A DNA stretch of 63,775 nt, filler included, from Dicyema japonicum (lineage: Eukaryota; Animalia; Dicyemida): NCBI GenBank assembly GCA_011109175.1. It is 10 parts of 10 records of this genome, joined end to end, with 100 filler letters (N's around TTAATTAATTAA, not from the genome) between each part and the next. Parts side by side here need not be neighbours in the genome. Positions count along the whole stretch, not along the records: positions 1 to 21,661 come from RDEW01000034.1; 9 more parts are not named here. One strand, written 5' to 3'. The translations under genes were made by a program, and so were the position numbers. The first letter of the stretch is position 1. Each line of letters begins with the position of its first letter. Shown piece after piece: positions 1 through 11,828 of the stretch. Below the pieces are notes generated by a model that was given only the letters and a program-made list of their open reading frames with translations, was not told the origin of the DNA and searched no databases.

Positions 1-911
1 TCTTCAGTTTGATTTTTTGATGCCGTACATTCTGCATAAGTTGAAATGTCTTCCACTCCGTGGTGCCCTATGATGTAGTCGCTGATAAACATCACGTTGC
101 AATGTGTAGCCATGTGATCCACCAACTCCTTTGGACCTCTTACGATGATCATATAGTGAATTTTTATCTGCAACAGATTCCTGTCTTGAAGAGACAATAC
201 AAAGTCTCAGGTCTCGCGCTATTGTTTCAATGCTTTCATCTTGGAAACAATCATAAAGTATAGAGCAACTTTCTCCTGACATTATCCAATTAACAAATAA
301 GAAATTCTTTAGAAATCAAAAGACTTTGTCAATTTTAATGAATTTTAGCTAATTTGGATCAAAAAGCTAAACTTTTTCCTCGTGGACTACGAAGTTCATC
401 CATTATTATCAATCCCCCTGATTATCCCAGAAACAGTGAAACGAAATTTCACTAACGATATCCAAAACACGATCACCAATACTGCATGTACGACTGCAGG
501 ACCAAGTAGAAGTTCAAAGGAGGCAATTTTGGGAGCGACTTATTTGTAAAAACATGACATCAAGGAAAAATTCTAAAGCGGAACATTATTTAATATCCCA
601 ATTTCGTTTAGAAATAGGAGGAAAAACTAGCAAGCCGAAAAAAGAACTCCGCGAATCGTCCAGGCTAAAACAACGAATCGGGATTACCGTATTACAGTCC
701 GACCGCAAATTGGGGCAGACCCAAGGGTGGAGCACCCTCGATTTTGGGGCATCTTTTTTCAAATCAACATTTTGGCAGAATAAAATGAAAAATCAATAAA
801 AAATTATGGAAATTTTGGGGCATCGTAAAATCATTTATTAACAATTTTTAAGATAATAAAATTATAATAAATTAATTATTTTTTTGTTTTATTTTCAACT
901 TTGTTGTGGTT

Positions 912-1850
912 ATGGATTACGAAACTAAACTGAAAATTTCTAAAAAAATTATGAGGAACAATTTATCTGAAAGACAGTTAATCTCAAAGTACAAGACAAG
1001 TAAAGGAACCATTTCATGAATCAAACGAAATATAGTACCTTTCTTACACCGCGGCAATACTAGTTCTGAGTTTTATGAGGAATTTAAAGCCGATAAAGAA
1101 AAATTTGATGATCAAGTCATTGAAGTATTTCAAAAACTTCGGGTGGATAAAATTCCGATTTCAGGTTCTATTTTGAAAAAAATCGCCTTAGTTACAGCTT
1201 CAAAAATTGGATTTACTTATTTAAAGCATCCAATGGGTGGTTGATAGATTTAAATTGCGACATGAGCTTCAATTCAAGTCAATATGTGGATACAAGGTTT
1301 CATGCGATTTATCTCACGCTAAAGATTATTTTGAAAAATTTGACGAGAAAGTATTAAAATTTGGACCTCAAAATGTATTTTTAAGAACTCCCCAAAAATC
1401 ATTTGTCGAAAAAGGCGAACAGTGTTTTGGCTATAAACATGGAACAGAAAGACTCACTTTTCTTTTATGCTGCAGTATAATTGGAGAAAAACTTGAGCCA
1501 TTGATTATTGGAAAGTGTAAACAACCTCTGTGCTTAAAAATTTTGATGTCTAAGATTTTGGGTTGTTGTATTCGTCTTCAAGAAATGCATGGATCACTGG
1601 ATAGACTTTTATGAGTTGGCCTTCACTAATAAATGAATTGTTTCGCAAAAACAACATAAAAATATTATTATTGCTTGACAATGCTGGATGCCATAAAACT
1701 TTCGAATGTTCAAATATCGACAAAAAGATTTGAAAAAATTGCTGTAAATTGATTTGAAAAAATTGGAGTAACCATTTATGATATACAGTTGATCAGTACT
1801 TTCTTTCCACAAGAATGCAATTCCTTGTGACTCTAAGCCATATGACTACT
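912..1850 (+). mobile_element. Decayed pogo/Tigger (Tc5/CENP-B-like) transposase
   Basis: Manual translation: N-terminal HTH (MDYETKLKI...), HTH_Tnp_Tc5 motif ASNGWLDRFKLRH, and DDE_1 motifs ERLTFLLCC..GEKLEPLIIGK and ILLLLDNAGCH; stops and frameshifts present. Confidence 0.85.
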
Positions 1851-2291
1851 CAGCCATACAGCTTTATTCAAATTGACTTTTTTTATTATAACATAACAAG
1901 CAGCAAACATTTAATGAGCCAGGTACCTTATTTGTAAAAATTAATTTTCTACATGTTATTTTTGGCGTCATTAGTGAAAATAGAAATTGCATAATCTGTG
2001 TAAATGAGATTTATCTGGCTAACTAATCGTAAAAAATACTCAGTCTTCAGCAAACATTCGCCGAACAACCCGAAAAGGCGCTGTTGATTCTGCTAGCTGC
2101 TGGTCTCATACTTTGTTGTGAAATTGGGGTTACGCAATAACAACATTTCGTAAAGCCGAGTTTAATAATTTGGCAATGTTTTTATAGAAAATATTACATC
2201 ACCAGAGTAGCCTGTTTTTTCGATGTAGGCAAACTATCAATCAAACAAATAATATTTTTCATTTACTTTTAGACTTAAGTGTTATATAAAA

Positions 2292-2838
2292 ATTTAAAAT
2301 TTTGTAAATTTTTTGTATGTAATAACAATAGTTAAGTAATTTAATATATATAATTAACATACAAAATATCACTTTATTTAACAAACAATAAAAAAGTTAA
2401 TATATTTAATAATCAACAACCTTTCTCGCCTGCCTGTCGCAAGCCTCCTCAGGCAGGTTCAATTCTGGTTGCTGAAACAACTCCGAAAATAAAAAAATAA
2501 GCAAAGCTCCGGAGGAGCATCTTTTGTTCCATACATCACCCCTTACTAGCAATTTCAATCCCAANATTTAAAATTTTGTAAATTTTTTGTATGTAATAAC
2601 AATAGTTAAGTAATTTAATATATATAATTAACATACAAAATATCACTTTATTTAACAAACAATAAAAAAGTTAATATATTTAATAATCAACTACCTTTCT
2701 CGCCTGCCTGTCGCCAGCCTCCTCAGGCAGGTTCGATTCTGGTTGCTGAAACAACTCCGAAAATAAAAAAATAAGCAAAGCTCCGGAGGAGCATCTTTTG
2801 TTCCATACATCACCCCTTACAATCAATTTCAATCCCAA
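2292..2838. repeat. ~273-bp near-identical tandem duplication joined by a single N (probable haplotype/assembly overlap)
   Basis: 2292-2564 and 2566-2838 are nearly identical, separated by n2565. Confidence 0.8.
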
Positions 2839-3390
2839 GACACCGAAGTTGATTCATATGTAAGTAGTCGAGTTTTTGTCAACGGTTTTCGAGATTCCCC
2901 ATCTTCCAGATTTAGTTTCACGGTAGCCTTATACAATCTGAGTCGGACGCCTTTAGATCCATCTTTTCGAAAAGCTTTTGCATGGTCACCGTAGATAACA
3001 AATTCCTTCTGGCATTGACTTTGGAGTCCCCAAGAAGCAAGACATGTTATGATCTTCCTCCTGTTTTTTAGTACTGCTGGTTCCATCCCCTTGTACTTGA
3101 GGGTGCTACCTCCAGTTGAAGTATGATTGCATCTTTGTTACTCGAGATAAATTCAACATCATCGGCATAGAGAATTTCCATAATATAGTCCCTGTAATAT
3201 TTCAGAAAATCTGTAGAATCGATTCAAGGTATACAGCCAATAATACTGGAGGGATGGTGTCTTCTCGATGTGTGCCCACTGTCGTCAAGAATTCTCGCAA
3301 CATACATTTACTAACACGCACTCGAACACTGTGTATCTCTGCCCACGATAATGGTTTCGTCGAACAAAACGAAAACTTTTTCAGCCGTAT
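2839..3390 (-). mobile_element. RTE-like LINE reverse-transcriptase fragment, decayed
   Basis: Minus strand reads FLTTVGTHREDTIPPVLLAVYLES and EILYADDVEFIS, homologous to the RT at 45346-46119. Confidence 0.75.
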
Positions 3391-4682
3391 AATAAATGCA
3401 AGTTAAACCTCAACAGTGGATATCATACCACAGTAGATATAATGATAATTGATCAACGCTATTATTTTATTTAAAAAATAAAAATCAATAAAATTAATAA
3501 ATTTTTTATAAGTTCAAAAAATTTTAAAGAACATTTAATTTTTGATTTTATTGACAAAACTGGCCCTAGTCATAGGTATAATCACAGAAGCGTGTAAAAA
3601 ACTGTTTGGTAACAATTTATGAAAAAATTCAAGAACACCAGCAGATATCACACTACGGAATATTTCGAGAAAAAATACGAAAACCTTGCCGCCTCAAATA
3701 TTGAAGGGTAGAAGATTAGTCACAGGATCATCCTTGTGAGTTAAGTATTGTAATTGCCGACCAAATGAAGAGATTGTTCTAAGTGATTCCAGACTATAAG
3801 GGGATGTCGAATTTTTGCCTCATTAACTGAAAGTTGGTTTTATGTACTGCAAGAACGATCAAAATTAGTTTTATTTGCCAGATCTACTGTTTTAAGTATT
3901 CTAAATGTTCATTTTGTCAAACCAGTAATTCAAGATGTCAGGAAATTGCTAACAACCCGATGTTGGAAGACAGAATACTCTCCTGCATGCTTGACTGACT
4001 GAACAACTAGTCTTAAATGAAAATCTTGACGACCTTAGTAGCACCACGTGTAAATGAGTTCCTAGACGTATATTAAATTTTGAGACAGTGCTAACATTAT
4101 TAGGACATTCACGTAGAATTAATTGTGTGAGTGAGGTCGAGTGGTGGTGAAGCTGAATTCGATGTTCACTAGCTCGAGAAAAAGAGGATTTTTGGATTGG
4201 AAATTATATTTTACCCCCAAATTTAAGTCGCAAAATATTAGAGATCGAATTTGGGTTACTATTAACTGGACAAAATTTCTCAACCAAGAGATTTGGTGAG
4301 TTTGTTATTTCATTGCAAATTTAAGCTTAAATCAAAATATGTCTAGTTTACGCAATTTCTTTCAAAACCCACAAAATATTTCTACACCTCGTTCGGGAAG
4401 AAAGATTCAATTTTCGCAGGTAATTATTATCATTTTGCTTCCAGGATCACAGGGTCAGAGAGAAAGAAATAAAATTTTTCATCTAACTAAGTGATTACAG
4501 ATCGACAAAGGAACGGACGAGTCCGGCGGGGTCGAGAATCCTGAACAGCTCTTCAAGTTGGAAATGACATCGGCTCAAAAATATATGTATGATTGTAAAT
4601 ATTTCGATAGTGTATGGAATAGAGGGCAAGTCGGTAAACTATCCTAGATTTCCAGTCGGTGGTGTATAACCTTAATTAGCAG

Positions 4683-5880
4683 AAATCCCCAGCTGCAGAG
4701 CATTTCCATGTACTATGGGTCAAATCTGACTAGGAAGTGCATAAATGTTTTTTTTAAACCTTTGTGGACTCTATGAATGACAAAATAAGGAATTTAATGT
4801 CAAGTTCGAATCCATTTGTATTTAAACATATTTACAATTTACGGATATTTTAAATTCGATTTTTTTAGAATTATTTTTGAGTATTTTATTTTTAATATTT
4901 TTATTTTAATATTGTTTTCCCTTAGAGTATTGATGAATTTAATGATATCTGCACTTCAGTTTTGCTTGCCTTTCCCGGAATGACAGAGTGGACTTTGCAG
5001 AGATCTTTTTGAGATGTGGTGCTCAGAACCACGAGACGGAGTCATCATAGCCTGGTATTGTGTTGAAGGGACGTTATCCAGGAATTTCATGTATTTTTTA
5101 TATAGTCCATGAGACTATCCAAACTGCCCAAGGAAGCGTTCTCCCATTGAAATGCTCAGTCGAGTACATCTCCTTCTCAGCCCACACGGATTACAAACAG
5201 ACTAGTGAATTAGTCCGAGCTATTAAACCACCTCATATTGTGAGTTTTCATGTGAGTTTTAGAATCTCGTTCATGGGGAAAGGACTGTGATAGGGAGACT
5301 TAAGGCTGCTCTTATAAGGGAATATGAGGATGATCCGTCTTATAACATCGATATTTATGATTTACGTAACACAGAACATATATTTGTACATCAAGGGAGA
5401 ACGAACCGCTAAAGTATTCGGGCAATATCTCTATCATAGATTATCTGGAAAATTGCCTCCACTAAATGAATGAATACCGGAGACCGACTTTCAGGGGTTA
5501 TACTTAACCGGAATTTTAACTACCAGGTCATGGAGTCTTCGGAGGTCATTGGTTTTGTTAAAGATTTAATTTTTTAGATTACACGAAACTGATTAGGAGT
5601 TTGATAGTTCAAAGGCACTCAATACTTTTTAAGGGATCTCGGAATTTGGTTAGAACTTTTTTTTAATGCAGATGACTTATTTGGTCTCCAAGTATGTTGA
5701 ATCCTTCCAAGATTTTTATAGCGAAAACAATTGAGATTATTTGTAAGGACGATTACGTGGTTTTTGAGTTTAAAATTGTCTTTATTCGAAGTGGATTTTG
5801 AGTCCTGCTTTAGATATGTACGTTGATGCTGTTCAGGCTATTATTTTGAAGGTGGAAGATAACTCTGTAAATGATTTGTC
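4683..5880 (+). pseudogene. CPSF3: CPSF3/CPSF73 fragment (beta-CASP to C-terminal region), 5'-truncated, with micro-introns, frameshifts and an in-frame stop
   Basis: [77 protein letters not shown] and DMYVDAV match CPSF73; the N-terminal HxHxDH metallo-beta-lactamase motif is absent; TGA near 5470. Confidence 0.85.
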
Positions 5881-6299
5881 GTACCCTGAATTTGTTAGCG
5901 AGGAGAACGAATTATCGAGGATGTTCTTTCAAGGATTTTGAGACAGCTAAGCAAAAATATAACCAAAATATAATAAATTTATTCCTTCAGTATAGGAAAA
6001 AAGACCTAAACGATCTTTTTTCTGAGTGGAATTTAGAAGACGACTTCTCTTATCTTGAGAACTCTTTTCAGGTTTTGGATATTTTTTCATTTTTAAGACA
6101 CAGAGTCCAATCTCCAACGAAAAAGAACGTAGATTTATGATATACTTGAAAGGATCTAATTTTGATCGTATTGAGAATATGATACTTAGCAAAGTATAAG
6201 AACTAGACCATAGCGGAACAAGCAGCCCATGTACATAATCTAATTTATCTTAGGAAATAAAAATTATAAACAGAGTGGATGAATTAAAACATCAGGGCC

Positions 6300-7260
6300 T
6301 TTGGATTATTAAACAGATTCCACTCTGGCGAAGTGGCGAAGTGCTCTGCCCGCACTCTTTTTGCGCGAGAGCGGGTGCAGCCCTTTGGCATCGACGATCC
6401 CTCCACATCGACATTGGTGTTTGACGCAAACATCAACTCCCAGGCGTTGAGCGATCCCAATCCGAATACAGTCATCGTCCAAAAGACTCCCCAGGGAGGA
6501 ACATGGAGTGCATCCAGCCACGTTCCGCTCCCATGGTTGGCAGCGGACACGAGGCATGCAAGACGATGCAGGTTGGCTTCAGACTTTAGCACGTCGAAGA
6601 TATTCTAGGAGTAGACATCATCCCAGTCACTTAGCTTTGAAAAATCGTTCGGCATATCCAAACCAGTTTCACACCATTCGCGACGAGCTTCGTCGAAGAC
6701 TCTTGTCCAAGAAAGTCCGGTTGTAAAACGTATGATTTCTTGAACTAAAAGGCTTCCACTTGAAAGCGATGACACTTATGCTGGATAGGCGATCTCCAGC
6801 GCCGACCTGAGACCCGTTCCTCCTAGGCGTGTAGGAAGCTTGCATTGGTTCCTACTCAGCACATCAAAATGGATGTTTAGAAGCAATTCAGCTGATTTTC
6901 TCAATGTCCTATCCAGTGACAGGAGGATGTCACGATGTTTGAAGCAGGGAGAACATCGGAGAGCGTATAGGATTTGAGCAAGCCGATGCTATTCTTCAAA
7001 TGGAAAAACGCTGTATGACTATCGACTAAGGAGAGTTTCTCCGTGACATTATTTGAATACAATTTTTACTCTCTAGCCACTGCAGAGCAAATCGTGATAA
7101 GTTGTTAGGCGAGGGAAAACCTATATCTTCTTTTCCATCACGCAAATATTTAATGTTAGGAGTTTATCTTCCTACTAAGATAATTCATTAATTAGCGTTC
7201 TTTCTAAGGCCAACTTGATGGCTCTCCTTGATATTATTTTGTCCTTTTTTTGTAGAAAAA
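6300..7260 (-). mobile_element. CRE-clade (RLE) non-LTR retrotransposon, 3' half, decayed
   Basis: LPTRLGGTGLRSA, GTWLDAL, and zinc-knuckle region HQCRCGGIVDAKGLHPLS..SAGRALRH. Confidence 0.8.
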
Positions 7261-9099
7261 CCATCCTTAACATCAGTAGAGTAAATTTGGGAGAATTACT
7301 TTACACAAGATAAACAAAATGTCTTTTTTTAATGCGAGCGTTTTACTCAAAATTTACAAGAAAAATTACTTTTTAATTAATTTACACGATCCTTAGTGTA
7401 ACTACAAATATGTAATAAATTAATTCTTATTTATTTTGTTCATAATTTAATTTTAAAGCATAATTGAATAATTGTCCTGAAATATATAGTATGATTTTTT
7501 GTTGCTGTTGAATTAACTAAATATGGACATATACAGTGTATGTTTAAAATAATAAATATGATATTTTGACAATCTGATGTGTAATAATTAAAGTTAAAAA
7601 ATAATTTTCGAATAAAAATTCCAAATTTTTTTCAAATCTAATTATTTATGACAGGAAATGTATTTTTATGATAAAGTGTTAAAAATCCATAGTTGTATAA
7701 TTGGTCAAAGATCTCATCGTAGGAGATATTGTCACGTGTTCTATTTGTTAGAACTTTTAAAGCGATCATATTGAGACAAACATTAGTTTTTTTAGCATAG
7801 ATTATCATCTAATTTTTTTAGTTATCGCTGGAGAATTAGTTCGATTTTCCTGATGTTTGTAATTACTAAATGAATCTAAATTTAATTTATTTATAACAAA
7901 ATGGTCCCCACCAACATAATCCACGATACTTTTCCTATCACGATTGCAATGTAGATTAACTGGAAAAGGGTCTGGCTATTAAGTTTAGTCAGACAACCAC
8001 TTTCTTTAGTAAAGGATGTGATATCCCACTTATGTCTCCAGTTGTTTTAGCTAAGATAGTCCTCAATTTTTATCCAAATCAATTTTTTATCATTTGTCTT
8101 GATCTTAAGACCTTTGATAAAACGAAGCCGTATTGTATTAAGGCCAACTGGTCGATCGCAGAGGGTTTTATCACGTAACTATGTGTATTTTCTCGTTTAA
8201 TCTTCCACGATTTAACTGTCAAGGAAAAATTATTTGATATTATACTTATGAAAGAAAGAACAACTCGCGAAAATATCTATAATTCTATACAAGTTTTTGT
8301 TATTATTCTACTTATTACCGTTAACAAACGAAATTAATCAATTAATTAACACAAAAATCCAGCCGACATAACCTGACGTTGTGTTGCTTCTCATAATAAC
8401 GACAGAGATCAACTTGCACCCTGTGGTACTTAGTAGCGATGCCGTCAAAGGTCATTACATAGTAAAATATAAATAATTACACGTGATGGGTACTCTATTG
8501 ATTATTCGTGGAAATGTTCTTTTTCAAGTACAAGTCTTCACCATACTCTATAAGTGGAAATCATTTCAAATCCATTAAGTTATTTTATTTAATGTAAACT
8601 CTCAAACTTCATTAGTAGACTGTTTTTCATGTATACTAAAATAAACTCAAATACTTCTAGAATAAACTAAAATACAAATCTTTTGAGCTATTTCATTCAA
8701 TTATTTAATGTCCGTATAATGATGAACACAGGCATTATCAAAATAATGATCGGGTCTTCGATTCCTCTTCTAACAAAGATTTTTATCCGACATCATTATG
8801 AGTTTTAGAACGTAATTTTATCTGGAAAATATTTTTACCGTCATCCCAATGTTAATGATTAAAAAATGACTAACCTTCTAATAACTTTATCTAAAAAAAT
8901 ATTTTCTATAAGTACCATAAAATTTACAAATTAAAACTTGACGTCTCTGTTTTCGGCGAGTAATTGTTCAGTGGATGGATTTCGTTCTTTAGAATCATAA
9001 AGTCAGAAATCCGGTATATTATCAACATGTGAATTAATAAGAATTTTAAATTAATAAAAAAACAAACGACTAATTCAAGTGAATTAGCTGGAAGCTCTA

Positions 9100-10870
9100 A
9101 TTATTTAACACCCATTTTCCCTTACTATTCGCAAAGAAAATACGTTCATTGATTTTATTTCTATCTCCTGTTCTTCCTCGCAATAAAAGATGGATCGAAA
9201 GAAAGTCAGAGAACATATCCGATCAGTTCCCAATGAGTAGTGTTCGGTCCCTGAAAGTGCAGGGAGAATACAAGAATGCAATTTGAACGATGGCCTTACA
9301 TTCATGAGGGAAACTAGCGCCCAACTGGGTCGGAGCTATCTCTTAACTCAGACAGTTACATACAACTGTAAGTGAAATCTTTGATACTGAATAAATTCAC
9401 TACTGCTATTGGACGACATATTAGTTTGTTGAGGCGTGTAAAAGAGCAATGTCATTTTCTGCCTGATATTTGAAAAAATACGTTGATCGGGTTCCAATCA
9501 TCCTAATCGGAGATTTTTATATTCTCCACCACTGATTTAGATATTGTCTTCAAATACGAATAATCTGACGATGTCATTGAAGGCTGCATGACGCGAGGCT
9601 CGACCAACACTTCGTCGGCAAGAGAGTGGATGTAAGCCTTTCGTATCAACGTCCACGCCGCAACTGCATTTGCGTCTCTGGCGTATGCCAGTCCTAGGTG
9701 CAGTGCCACCCCGATCCTAGGCTGTTTTCGTCAAGAAAGTTCCCCAGTAATGGGCACGGAAGGTCGTCGAGCCAGACTCCATTTCTTCGATATGTGGACA
9801 AGTTAATGCATGCTAGTCGGTGTTGATTGCCAAGCAACTCTTCTGGTAAGCAAAGTTCGATTGAAATTCAAAGCCCAACTCTCCCCACGACTTGTTAACT
9901 CGATCAAGCTCAGAGTCCAAGGTGTGTCAAATTGCGGTACATGGAATGCAGCTCGCAAGGGATGAAAAGTAAAAATACAGAGAGGGATCTTAACCCAATG
10001 CCCCCAATTCTCGCAGGTAGTTGGATCACATGACGGCACTGGGCGTCACCTAGACAGGTGGATCACATGACGCNGAAATTCAAAGCCCAACTCTTCCCAC
10101 GACTTGTTAACTCGATCAAGCTCCGAGTCCAAGGTGTGTCCGATTGCGGTACATGGAATGCAGCTCGCAAGGGATGAAAAATAAAAATACAGTGAGGGAT
10201 CTTAACCCAATGCCCCCAATTCTCGCAGGTAGTTGCACATTGTACAGCCAAGATCATAGAATTTGACATTCAGTATTGACTCCGCCGATCGTCTCAGAGT
10301 CCCATCAGCCGACGATAGTGCTTCCGGTGTTCAAAACATGTTAAACATCTCAAAATTTACATCAACTTCAACATGGAAATACATTTTTTGAGCAATAAGA
10401 ACGACAATATGGATAAAGATGATACTCTTTTTGTAAAGGCTTCAACTTCATTATCCTTACTGGTAAGGCAGTTTTCCAGCTCGTCGTTTCCAAGAGGGTA
10501 GCCGAGAAAGTGTGCCTTGTCCAAGGAGGATGTTCTAAAACATAGAAGTAAAGATCTGAATTTTTGGCAGGCAGTAGAAATGTTTAGAGATGAGCAGGAA
10601 ATATTGATCAGTTCCGATTTCATAACATTGACACTTAAAACCAATTGGTTTAGAGCTGGAATTGTTGAAGAAATATCCTGATATACATACTTCAAATTCT
10701 GTGGGAGTAATAGCCAGGAAGTCTTCTGGCATTGTCAAGTTTCGCTGGTCAGGTGGTGGAGCAGGGTGCTTCCTTCTCAGTAACTCCGAGACTTCTCGGC
10801 TCGGCTTCAACAGTGATTCGTCATTAGACACTACTATTGCAGCTGCGCGAACGTCCTTTTCTATGTAGAA
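9100..10870 (-). mobile_element. CRE-clade retrotransposon, internally deleted, with a duplicated segment around n10074
   Basis: GDVRAA, LLRRKHP, NVMKSELI, FLGYPLG, RIGGIGLRS, GVWLDDLP, CSCGVDVDTKGLHPLSCRRSVGRASRH. Confidence 0.8.
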
Positions 10871-10879
10871 ATTAAGTTT

Positions 10880-11750
10880 TCTTCATGACTAACCCCAATG
10901 GCTGATACTCATTGCACATACTCATGTCCTTATGGCGCTTTACTTCTCAAGTTAGCAAACGGCAATTTTCACCTTTTTAGGAATTAAATAAGTGATTCCA
11001 GTATAAAACCAACTTTCAGGCATATATTCCCCATTAATAATTTGATTAATCTCAGTACATAAAAAGCCATGTAAAGATTCCATTTTCTTAATAAAGAAAT
11101 TGTATGACCCATCGCATCCACATGCCTTCCAATGGGTAACCAATTAATAACAACTAGGATAAACTCATTTGTGAACTCTGGCAACATGCCTTCAATCGTA
11201 TTTACTATACCAACACTGTCACGTGACACAGGCATCTCTTTTCTTTTAGACCACACTTCCCAAAACGACATACAATCCTCATCATCGAAACCATACAACG
11301 GTAGTTTATTGCTTGATGATAGTTTCCGATAAAATCTTCGATTTACTTCAAAACAACAGTTGTCCTTACTAAAGTCCTTCCTCGAATAATTACAGCTATT
11401 TGCTTCTTCTTAATTCTGACAAGCTGACATAGTGGAGCCTCAATCCTGGCAACATTCCCTTTTGGCTCTTTTGTATCCAAAGGCACAAAGAACATCCATA
11501 ACCTTTTATTTTTCGAACACAGAAGAAGCCTGTCTGGAAAAACGATTGACAAGTTCGAATTCTGCCATCAGCTTTAAGATTTTCTTCTCAGTGTTCTCCA
11601 ACCACGTACTCTGCAGCTTAAGCTTCCCAGTTAAAGGCATATAAGCACACTGTGCAGCATATAGAATATCAGTAATTTGATTGATATCTTGAGGCGGATT
11701 ATCTTTCGTAATATAATAAATTGACACCACAACAACAAACAGCAACAAAA
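10880..11750 (-). mobile_element. R4/Dong-like RLE retrotransposon, N-terminal/RT-proximal fragment
   Basis: DILYAAQ..Y, W..NTEKKI..L, and DGSYNFFIKKMESLH...WFYTGITYLIPKK. Confidence 0.7.
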
Positions 11751-11828
11751 TATTTTTATTAACTGTTAAATTAAATAAATAAAATTAAAAAATAATTTAA
11801 TTAAATTCACCTAATTTACAGGTTTGTT

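Noticed and set aside
2698-2745. HDV-like ribozyme or SINE (GCCTCCTC core, GTTCGATTC B-box)
   Set aside because: No adequate P1/P2 pairing or A-box; better explained as the decayed 3' end of the minus-strand LINE
8700-8830. IS630/Tc1 DDE motif (DNACVHH, minus strand)
   Set aside because: A single short motif needing a frameshift; insufficient support
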